A DNA stretch of 64,000 bases, taken from NCBI GenBank assembly GCA_003971905.1, contig RSEE01000028.1:620001-684000 (forward strand). Direction: 5' to 3'. Positions 51,901-64,000 of the stretch are shown piece by piece. The notes under the pieces were generated by a model. That model saw only the letters and a list, made by a program, of their open reading frames with translations, had not been told where the DNA came from and searched no databases. Source of the DNA: Moniliella sp. 'wahieum' (lineage: Eukaryota). The first letter of the stretch is position 1; the number at the start of each line of letters is the position of its first letter. Position numbers and translations under genes: made by a program.

Positions 51901-53540
51901 CTCTCCAAGATCTACCACTTCCTCCGTCAATTGATCAACCCACAGGGAACTTCTTCCTCTCCTATTAATTGCCCCCAGCACCCAGCCCTCCAAGCACTCT
52001 CGATCTTAGAGCACTCAGTCTCATATAACCCTCTCCAAGTCCGTAAGCGTCGGTACTAATGTGCATTGTCGGAATCTTAACTGAGCGCCTTGCCACTCGC
52101 GGCAATCGCTCAGCGAGTCCTGTTGCTTTTAGTTGCTCGTACCGAGAGACCCACGGCCGCCGGCACTATCCGCCCTGGCTTGTTTGCGGATGACCCTCTC
52201 ACTGAGCTTCCTCTCCCGATCAGCCTTTTCGTACTAGCTCAGCAAGAGCTCAAAACTTCAATACATGACGTCCAGGTCCTCTCTTGACCGTTCTGGGTCC
52301 CATTACACGTCTGCACCTGTGTTGGAGGGTACCATGTGTAAGGAAGAGCAACATCTATCACTCTATTGGCAGGCCTCTTCCTGGTATGCATCGTCCGCTC
52401 TTGCCTCTACTATGGGGCCTGCATACTGTGCCAGTTCGCTGCCGCATGATCCAATTACACCTGCAAGCAGCCTGTGGAACACTGACTGCGTTCCTGTCGT
52501 GTACAACATATAGTTGTGGTGAGCCTGAGGCCCGACGGGAACTGGGTCCCGCTGGTCCACTAACGCGGTGAAGGAACATTTGCGCGCAAGTCTGGCACCA
52601 TTAATGCGGAATGGAGTGTCCATGTGGCCAAGGGTGCAAAAGCGGTGGTCTGTTAGGAGACCACAAACAATGGACGTAGCTCGTTCAGGAGCCAAAATAG
52701 AGAGCCAAAGCCATCAAACGAATTTGAAAAGAGAGCGATATGCCTCCCAAAGATAGCCAAGAGCGTACGACTGATATTGCAGCAATAGGGTGCCCGAACG
52801 GAGATGTCGTAGACGATGCTGTGAGCCTCCATGACAAATGAATAACGTCTGCATCATTAACCCTTCACAACGTAGCATGTTGACCGCAGTATGGTCTGGG
52901 AAGGTCGGGGAAAACGATATTCTTGCCACACAGGCGGTGTCTAGTATGGTACCCTGTGCGCATCCACTAAGGTAAATATGTTCCTCGTTCTCGGCCGCGT
53001 GCAGCGTCTCGATCCACTCGTTGTCGACCTCGATCCGAGCGGTGGCGAGCTGAAAACGCGCATAAACCCGCTTCTTCCGCCATATGCAGCACGTCATACT
53101 TGTGGGCTAGTTGTAAGCTAGTTGTTGGCCGGTTGATGCGGGACGCTGGACGGACGAGCAGACGGCAGAAGATACGTCTTGTGTCCGAGTCCCGCGGCGC
53201 CATATGTCACGTGCGGTGTCGATCGGGCGGGCGGGAGTGACATGTGACACGTGACACGTGACCGCGCGTGACGCGTGCGACGCGTTCCGGGATGCACGTG
53301 GCGGCTAGCGCGTCGCGAAGACAAATTTTTACTAGACACTGTCCTTTCTACCGATTCGCCACGCCACTACACTTACGCTTGCACCATACCCATACAGCAG
53401 CGGCGCAAGCAATCTTTCCATCTATCCACCCAACCATACGCAAAACCAGCACTAGACAGGACGGCAACCAAGCCAGTAGATAGTTGCACTTGCACAAAGC
53501 GCGATCGAGCAATTCCATCGACCACGATGCAAGTCCAGGC

Positions 53541-55401
<1,861 letters not shown>

Positions 55402-56517
55402 GGGGCGGGTGGTGGTGGGTGGGTGGAGGCGTCGGCGGGAGCGTCCTGCGTCTGCCGCTCCCTCGACCGCTGCGGCGCAGCCCACAGCGCCGCGCACACT
55501 GCCCCGTGCCCCCGTCCGCCCCGCCACACCCGCGGCGTGCATGAGGCATGCCACTCCGCTCACCCGTCGCCGCCCGTCACCAGACCGCCCCCCTTTTGAC
55601 ACCCAACAACAGCCGTTTTCCAGCTCCACTCGGTCCATTCGTCCATGCGTCTGCGTCTATCGGGAGGCTTCCGTCGTGTGGGGGAACGGGGAAGGGGGTT
55701 GCCTCATCGAAGCGCCGTGCAGCTCTGCACTGGACAGAAGAGGGGGCGGCGTGTAAGGTGCTCCTCCCCCCCAAGCAAGCGTTGCAAGGGCCGCCAGTGG
55801 AAACGCCTGGAGCTTTCCTGAAGCTTGAACCTTGAACGTTTGCGTTTGGACGCGTTGAGCCAGGCTGAGCTAAGCGTGCCTACTTTAACGTGCAAGCTTC
55901 AAACTTTGCGACTGCAAAAGACCTGAGCCTGAACATGCATCCCCCAGGAGCAGGGCCTGGTCGGTCTGGTCGATGGTGCGTGTGGAGCGGCAGTGCTCGT
56001 GCTCCATCCGGCTCGTTGGCAACATGCCTCTACAGGACCGACGCTGATGGAGGTGAAGAGGCTGGCACCGTTGGAGCTGTGAGGGATACGTGCCAACAGC
56101 GGCCCGGGCGAGACGCAACAGGACGCAGCCCCGCAGACGAGACGCTCGCTCTGCCGCATGAACGTTCACGGGCCCTGCCCCCGCCCGGCTGTCTGCCTCG
56201 GCGCGTCCTCTGGCACTCCACCCGTCTCGCACGGGCCCGGTCCATCCCATATGCCAAGGGGTTCAGTGAACGAACCCAGTATTCAGTGCCCGGTGTATAC
56301 TACGTGACGTGACGCTACTGCCACGATATTTATACGCTCCCCACCGCTTCCATCCGGCCCCCCCCCCCCCCCCCATCACCCTCACCACCTCATTTTCTCC
56401 AACGTACGTTGTTGTCGCCGCATGGCGCTTTTGCGCCAAACCCATCCCCCGCCTACGTTATATCCCGCTAACCCCGTATTATCCTCTTCTAACGCTGGCG
56501 CTAGGAAGAAAGTGCTC

Positions 56518-57147
56518 ATGTCGCCCCACCACGCTCCCAAAGTCATTGCCGTCGTCGGCGCCCTCGGCCGGGCCGGGTCGGAGATTGTAAAAGAATTTGC
56601 GGCACGTGGCCACAAAGTGATTGCGATTGGGCGCGTTCGGTGGCCGGATCCCTACGGTCCCGGGATCGTGCCGACGGAAGGCGATGCGTCGGATCCGGCA
56701 TCGTTGGCACCGTTTTGGAAGGAGCCAGTGCGCTGGTGAGCGCGAGGCGGTTCGATGTACCGGTGGAAACGTTGTTGGAGGCGATGGCGCCCGTAGGGAT
56801 CAACCGGTTGCTGGTGATTGGGGTGCAGCGGCGTTGTATGTTGAGCCCGGGATGCGGATGATTGATATATGCCCGACTTTGATCCCGAGTTCAAACAGTA
56901 TGTTTGCAAGGGAGTCCGGTGGATTGATGTGTTGGAGTCCACGCCTGCGTCGTTGGACTGGACGTACTTTGCGCCTCCAATGCGTTTGGTCCGGGCCCGC
57001 GCCTCGGTCGTTTCCGTCTCGGCCACGACAAACTCGTTGCCGACGAGTGTGGTGAGTCATCCCTCAGCATGGCCGACGCTGCGATTGCCATTGCCGATGC
57101 GATCGAGAAAGATCTGCACCGCCCAAGTTTTCACCGCGGCCTACTAA
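56518..57147 (+). CDS. YwnB/COG2910-type NAD(P)H-binding oxidoreductase (bacterial-like)
   Basis: Frames joined manually: IAVVGALGRAGSEIVKEFAARGHKVIAIGR, GDASD, RLLVIG.AAALYVEPG, LDWTYFAPP, GRFRLGHDKL, SMADAAIAIADAIE, FTAAY-stop. No intron seen. Confidence 0.82.
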
Positions 57148-57401
57148 GCGGGCCAACTGCTAGCTATCCTGTGTGGTATGGCTCGTACACCCACCGCGCC
57201 CTGTTATTTCCCCCACCTCTCTTATCTATATTGTAGCAGCCTTTTCATCAGCTTCCCACCTATAGTCACTGTGTGTTAATAAGTCAATGTGTCCTTATAA
57301 TGACTGCTTGCAAGCTTCAAGCTTCCCGACACCCAATAACGAATGACACCAGGAGTTCCCCCCAGACAACCATGTACTAACTAACCCATGTGCGAGGTGA
57401 G

Positions 57402-58859
57402 TTACTTCGCAAGGGGAGGGACGGCAACCGCAGCTGGCGCGCCTTGCCGGCTTTTGCTTCCGCAGGACCTTTGCGTCCGCGACCGCGAGGCTTCCGCGGC
57501 GCCGACGCGTCCGAGGCCTTGCCGGGACCCGAGCCTTGCTTGCACTCGACGCCTTGCCTGCACCCGACACCTTGCCTGTACCCGACGCCTTGCCTGCACC
57601 CGCTGCAGCCGGGCGGTCCTGACGCGGCCTGCGGCTGGACGGCCGCGGCGGGCGATCCTGCTCCTCCTCAGTGGGGGTGGGAGCTGGTACGCGGCCGGAG
57701 GTGGCCGTGGCATTTCGGGAATGGATTGGCCGATCAACCTCTCGATCGACTTTAAGTTGGGGACGTCGTCCTGGGAGACCAAGGAGACGGCGCTGCCCTC
57801 TGCGCCTGCGCGGGCAGTGCGACCGATCCGATGCACGTACTGTTCTGCCACGTCGGGCAGGGCGACATTGACCACGTGCGAGACGCCCTGGACGTCGATC
57901 CCGCGCGCGGCGATATCCGTTGCGCACAGGACGCGTACCTTGCCCGTTTTGAATCCCTCGAGGGCGGCCTGGCGAGCGGTCTGGGACTTGTTCCCGTGGA
58001 TGGCGGCGGCTGAGATGGAGGCCTTTTGGAGCGTAGCAGCAAACTTGTTGGCCTGGTGCTTCATCTCGGTAAAGAGGATGACACGGCTGAATGCCGGGTC
58101 AGAGAGCAAATCGACAGCCAATTGTCGCTTCTCCTTCTGGCCACAAAAGATGACGTTCTGCTTAATCTTTCCGCCGTCGTGGCAGCTGGGGTGACCTCGA
58201 CCCGAACAGGGTCGGGACGGAGAAGGGTGTGAGCCAACTGGGCCACCTTCGGGGGCATGGTAGCCGAAAAAAAGTAATTTTGCCGTTCCGACGCCGGCGG
58301 CAACTGAGCAACGATCCTGCGCACATCATGAATGAACCCCATATCCAACATCCGATCCGCTTCGTCCAGAACAAACGTTTCGACCTGTCGAAACGAACGT
58401 AGCCTTGGCCGTGCAGGTCAAGCAGACGACGTACGGGCGTAGCAATCAAAACGTCCAGCCCACCCTGCAAGGCGGTCGTCTGAGGCTTTGGCCGACGCCA
58501 CCGGAAATGACAGCGTGATGGATGCTCGATGGGCCCGAGCTGGGCAAGTGTTGGCTGTACTTGGCGATGGAACGGTCAATCTGGATGGCAAGCTCGCGGG
58601 TTGGGGTGACAATGAGGGCACGGAAAGCGTTGGTTACGCGCTTGACTGGGTGGGTGGAGAGACGCTGAAGGATGGGGAGAGTAAAGGCAGCAGTTTTGCC
58701 CGTACCGGTCTGGGCAATCCCCAATAGATCTTGGCCCGCGAGCGCAACAGGGATCGCCTGGGCCTGGATGGGGGTCGGATGGACATACCCAGCCATGGCA
58801 AGCGCCTGTTGCAGCTCGGGCCGCAGCCCGAGTGCGGTAAACTTGGTGCGGGTGTTCAT
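57402..58859 (-). CDS. rhlE: DEAD-box RNA helicase of bacterial RhlE type
   Basis: Q motif [73 protein letters not shown]. No intron seen; indels present. Confidence 0.88.
57533..57602 (-). repeat. 18-bp tandem repeat (~4 copies) in the helicase C-terminal tail
   Basis: Plus-strand unit GACGCCTTGCCTGCACCC with variants. Confidence 0.85.
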
Positions 58860-61038
58860 GGGCGGCTGTGGAGGGTGGAGTGGTGGGAGGGAGGCCAAAG
58901 AGAAAACACAAAGAAGAAATCCAAGGCCTGCTCTGCCCGCCCAACGGAAGAAAGGAGGGGGGCAGCCCTACGTGGACGACGGCACAAGTGGAGTCCATTC
59001 CATCGATCGGTGCAGACAAAACTTGCACTTTTCTTTAACTTTCAAAAGACGGGCTTCAAAGATTCAACGTGTTGTTTGTTTCCTGCCATGGTGGAAGCCA
59101 TGTTCAACATGTTGGACTTGACTGAATGTAGTAGTAGCGGTGTGCTGCTGCCACTCAAAGGGCTGTCGCACCCAATGGACGGGGCAGAACATGTGGGGCT
59201 GTGCGTACACCGCCGGAGAACCAAAAGGCCAACACACACACACGGCCATCCACAGCCAGCGCGAAAATTAAAGAGAACGTTTGGGGAGTGCAAAAGCGGT
59301 GCAGAGCCTGAGGGACAAGGACAACACTCCTTGGCCCCTCCCTAGAAACTTGAATTAGGAGCTTCAATAAGCTTCAAGCTTGAGCGCGCGGTCAATCTCA
59401 GTCCGGCCCCCTGCGTGCCGACAAAAGGAGGAGTTGCACGGTTTTACCTTGTAGGCCTTGTCCGGACTTTTATGCTCCTGCTGTAAGAGGCGGATAGGAG
59501 CTCTTTAGTATAGGTGTTTGTATGATACAGACACTAACTTACTAACGTCCGGTGGGCTCGCTGGTGATCCAGGTCGAGCATCTCTACTACGTCTGATGCA
59601 TCTCTTCTCCTTTTCAGACCGCAGTCTGGACGTCCGGTCCGTGTGTCGTCTTGTCCCCATGTTTTTGGCCTGCTGCGCCCAGCTTGTGCTATAGGCATGC
59701 AGAGCCATGTGGAGCCTTGCACGGAAGCTTTTTAGCCTAGTATATTAGGCTTTCTGCCCAAGGTCACAGTGGCCTTTAAGCTATAAGCCGCTGTTACATG
59801 TTATAAGATCGAATCAATCGCTCCCACGCGGCATACCTCTTTCCTACTACATCCTGTGGGGCATGTGACTAGCTCTAGAGACCATATCTCGCTCGCGTAC
59901 AAACAATCTCCTTCTCTACAACCTGCGAGGACCTGACCCAGTCATCGATCATCTACAATCAATGACCAACAATCATTATCACTTGACTACTAGTCAACGT
60001 CAACATTCAACGTTCAACTTGCGCTCCCGCACGACACACACCAAGCTCCCAACTGTCATGTCTTTCCAGCACCGATGCAGCGACGAGGAACTGCCCCAAG
60101 CGAGCAAAATAGGTAGGTACGAGAAGAGACTATGGCGGGAAATGGGGAGATCACAACGAGACAACAGTATGCGTGTTTTCTGCTGAAGAACTGACGAGGC
60201 GGTTGGGAGGAAGAGATATTGCGGGTAAATCCTGGGAAGGTATACGAGAGTGGGAATAAGGACGAAGGTAGCGGATGAAGTTTCATCCATTCAATCGGAG
60301 CTGACCGGCTGACTGGTTATCTTACATCCATCCATCCATCATGAAATAGCGCGACTGTGCCCCTCGGACGCCGGAAGTCCGTGCATGCGAGAGCCGGTTG
60401 GGTAGCACTTGACGAAAATCTCAAACATCCGGCGCCGCGCCGAGGCGCGGGGCGATTAGCGAGGCCTGAGGCACCGAGTTGCTCCTGGGGTACTCCGTAT
60501 TCACTAGCACTGCCCTGCTCAGCGCGCTCACCACTAGTCATCCTAAGGCCTAAGGCCTAATTAACTCCTAAGGCCTAATAGGTCCTCTGGCGCTCTCTGG
60601 CGATGGGGCTGAGCAGGCTGGGGGTTACGTTGTTGGGTGCGCGCGTGAGCGGAGTTTTGGTGCGTCCTGTGGCTTGCTTGGGAAGGCTTGGCGGTCATCG
60701 ATCATCGCCATCGGTCATTAATCATTGGCCTGACAAAAAGTCACAATATCATGCCACAGCCGCCCCGTGCTCCGCGGGGAGCACCGTGCGCGTTGAAAAT
60801 TAACTATTAACCTTGAATAATCATTAATCGTTAACCACATTGTGCTTACGATCGGCCAGAGTATAGATTCGATCCACACTGCCCCTGCGATCTGACGCCG
60901 AGACGTCAGAAGTCCGGTGGAGAGGGCGCAGGCCGGCGTGTGTGCCCCTGCGTCTTCCTCTCCATCGCGCGCACCTGCAGCTCGGCAACGGCTTTTGGTC
61001 TCCCAGGGGCGCAGAGGATCGATCTCGGAATGGAGGGA

Positions 61039-61045
61039 TATATAA
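61039..61045 (+). promoter_or_regulatory. Putative TATA box of the secreted-protein gene
   Basis: TATATAA ~130 nt upstream of ATG 61171, followed by a CT-rich tract and a CA-rich leader. Confidence 0.5.
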
Positions 61046-61170
61046 CCACAGGCCGGTGTCAGCCCTCCTCTCCCTACCGCCACATACTGTCTTTTCTCTC
61101 TCTGGCACTCTCACTACCACTACCACTACCACCAACACAACACCAACACCAACACCACTGCTTCCACAAC

Positions 61171-61882
61171 ATGCGCCTACCCTCACTAGCACTGCTTTGT
61201 TGGCCTCTGCCTGTGCCGCCGGTATGGTCCAAGCCTTCCCCGCCCCGTCGGCCCCGAATCTCGAAGCTCGCGACGATAGCTCCTCCCCTATTGGCCCTTT
61301 GTCATCCAGCTCAAGGATCAGTGGATCACGCTCAACCAAGACGAGATGGACGTGACGTCCGACAAGGACGCGCGTACCCATTTCCTGTTTACCCCGGCCG
61401 AGTCGAACATGTACGATGTGCACGGTACGATTGGAGGGTACAAGGCGTTTGGGACGAAACGTTTGGCTTTTCTCGCCGGCGGACGATACAGTAGAGTAAG
61501 TGGTACAGGGGCAGAGCAACTACACTCGTGCTACGCACTTTACTGTGGGTCCCTGTACCAAGCACAAGGGCTCTGCCGAGTTTGGGCTGCAGCTCTTCCC
61601 ATGCTCGCTGGTTCGGCGTATGACGAGCAGCCGTCAATCACACAACTACACCACGGATTGGATTCCCTTTGGCGAAAAGGGTCCTACCGAGCCAGGGGAT
61701 ACAACGCGTACGGGTCCTCGAAACCAATGAACGGATGGCGCTTTTACCCGCGCAAGTCGGATGGGTGCGCCTGCAGGCCCAACCCATCGGCAATGGGGTA
61801 GGCGACACATTGCAGTTCCTCAACGAGACATTGTACAAACATTAAAGGGTATGTCCACCGGACGAAGGACGATGAATTTTGA
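61171..61882 (+). CDS. Small secreted protein of unknown function
   Basis: Joined frames give MRLPSLALL..ASACAAGMVQAFPAPSAPNLEAR-DD (signal peptide plus propeptide). Continues in ORF 61346..61801; end approximate. Confidence 0.6.
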
Positions 61883-63389
61883 ATGTTGAGCGTTGCCACA
61901 ACATAACCCCCTCTGCCCCACCCGCGCGCTGCCAAATGCGTTTCGATGAGACTGTTGGTTCAAACCCTCGTTTTTCTCCCTTGGCAAAGTCATTTACTTT
62001 CTCATGATGCCCGTAGGCCTCATTAGCCTCTGGTACGTTTCGAATGGGGGCGCGGTCGGGAAAATATTTTCTTTTGCGGACGTTTGAGCCTGAACTTTTG
62101 AGGGATCTCAGGGCTCACGATTGACATGGAGGATGTCAAATCAGTCGATTGATGTTTACTTTGAACAAGTGAACCGTACGGAACGTTGAATGACCACCCG
62201 AGCTTGGGGTCTCTGCGACCAGTAGGCACTCGCTATAGACAGTGCGTGCTCGTAGTTTCGACGTATACGTACCTGTCGGCAAGAAACTCTGTATTCAGCA
62301 ATGAGCCTTATTTAGCATCGACATTGAGGCTTTGGATTTGAGGTTATATATGCCCAGTTCTCTGCCCAGCTGTTTCGATCGTATAATCCCTACTAGAACC
62401 CTCGCCACAGGAGGAAGGGATATGCCAAAGACAATGTGCAGTGTACCATTGTACGTTTTCCTCTTCCACTCTGCCCAAGCAAAGAGTCCAGCGTTGGAGT
62501 GACAACTTCTAAGGAGACAGGCCGCCAAGGAGTAGGGCCGAATCGTCAGGCCTAACGGTGAGAACGACAATACAAAGAAAAGGAAGAACGAAGGAAAAGA
62601 GCCACAAACCCAAACGTGTCCGTGCCAATCACCTCCGTCCAACCGTCCCAAGGGCCAAGAAAGAAAAGGATAAGCGTGGTAGCAGGGGGGGTGGCAGAGG
62701 GGGTCGGATGGGCATACGTGCGGGTAGGCGAATCATATTCTTCTTAATGGTTGGTCGTCAACATGTGAACGAGACAGGGTGGTGTGCTACAGATGACCTC
62801 CTTGCTCGGGCCTGCCGGGGTGCACAGGAACGTCTCACCTCGGTTGCTCCCTTCCTCTAGTATATCTCCGCCTGCATTCTCTCACGGATGTACTTGCGTG
62901 TTGCGATGCGGCTACGAATACTTCCGTTGCTCTCTACCATTTACTGTGGAGCTTGGTACCCCAAGTGTGCAACCCCAAAGCACTTACGCTTACGGTGTAG
63001 GCTGTATCTGAGCACGATAGCACTGCATCTAGTCCATCCAAGACAAATGGATTTGGATTTTGAGTCACCCGCCCAAGCCCGAGCGGGTGTATGAATGCCC
63101 GTGTCGAGCAGACGCAGAGGATCATGCAACCCAGGACCGTGTCAATCAGGAGGGCTGGGGGAGAAGAGGGGGAAGAAGCATGACAAGTGACAGGAGGGAA
63201 GAGAGACCTCACTTCTCATTCCCCAGAATTCAAATACCTAGCAACGCACTGCACGGCTACCGCAACGCAACGCAACGCAATGCAGCGCGGGGCATGGAAC
63301 GATGTGGGCTACCCATAGATGGCCCGATCCGACCGGGAGGGAGACACACACGGCCGACCGAGCCCGCGCCCGCACGTGGGAAACACGCA

Positions 63390-63805
63390 GCGCTTCGCGG
63401 CGGTCTTCTTGAGCTCTTGGCCAAGAGCTTCCTCCGCTGCTGCTTGAGGTGGGTGATTTCGAAGCGTTGGGAAGTCGGGGTGGTAGACTTCTAGCCTGAC
63501 GGGCAGCCAGGTCTTGGCCCAGTTGGACGCTGCCACTTCTCGGCCACACCGGCCTTTTCAAGTACTTCTTTCGACCTTGGAGCGAGCTGCCGCGGGGCAA
63601 GTCCTTGACCACAAACTTGGTAAGGATCAAACTTGTACTGGAACGCTTGGCGTGCCACGCCGGTCGTGGGCCCGTCAATTATGGCCCGGTTGGCATCGAT
63701 GATCTCGGCAATGACGGCCAACTTGCCATGATCGGCGACGTTCGTCGTTGATCAGCACACACGGCCCCTCGACGAAACGCTTGAAAGAGGATACTGGCTC
63801 GACAT
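63390..63805 (-). CDS. RPL14: 60S ribosomal protein L14 (eL14); upstream exon not located
   Basis: SFKRFVE.GRV, GKLAVIAEIIDANRAIIDGPTTGVARQ, LTKFVVKDLPRG, EKWAASNWAK, DFQRF. Acceptor at 63806 with CTAAC branch at ~63840. Confidence 0.92.
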
Positions 63806-64000
63806 CTGCACCACAGGCAAAAGCGCAAGGAAGGAAGGGTTAGTGGTGCGAGGGGGAGGGCGACTGCAGGGCCAAGGCCACGTACGGGAAAGGACGACCT
63901 TGGAGAGAGATGGAGAGAAACAAGCGACCGCTGGGAGACACCGTGCGTGGTCTTCGGGCGAACGGGACGGGGGCGCTACAGCGCACGCGGGTTGCGTGCT

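Noticed and set aside
51198..51908. 236-aa minus-strand ORF as a transposon gene
   Set aside because: No gag, RT, integrase or transposase motifs and no terminal repeats recognised.
56300..59400. Bacterial contamination as the source of the two bacterial-like genes
   Set aside because: No operon-like context, and fungal-style leaders and the host's intergenic arrays occur between and around the genes. Read-level confirmation is still needed.

Overview
Eukaryotic, GC-rich fungal DNA, most likely a basidiomycete. This rests on short introns with GTACGT/GTATGT/GTGAGT donors and CTAAC/CTGAC branch points, intron-poor genes, and basidiomycete-like RPL18 and CCT8 N-termini. Nearly every gene, including essential ones, carries 1-2 nt indels, so this looks like an unpolished long-read assembly and many gene ends are approximate. 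Recognisable genes: JEN1-type carboxylate transporter, CCT8, cyanase, PRO3, mitochondrial rhomboid, mitochondrial IF-2, a crotonase/enoyl-CoA isomerase, Ars2/SERRATE, an atypical TPI-family isomerase, an ANT1-like carrier, RPL18, a Mid2-like membrane protein, a Cys-repeat protein, CDC7, a small secreted protein and RPL14. Highlights: (1) two adjacent, apparently intronless bacterial-type genes (RhlE-like DEAD-box helicase and YwnB-like NAD(P)H oxidoreductase) embedded between fungal genes; (2) a window-wide family of intergenic arrays built as (6-bp palindrome + 1 base)n with many different cores; (3) tandem splice acceptors 4 nt apart that could switch a C-terminal PTS1 (-AKL) on or off in the crotonase gene; (4) a truly decayed ERG26-like fragment joined head-to-head to another gene relic. 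All family assignments come from motif recognition, not database searches.
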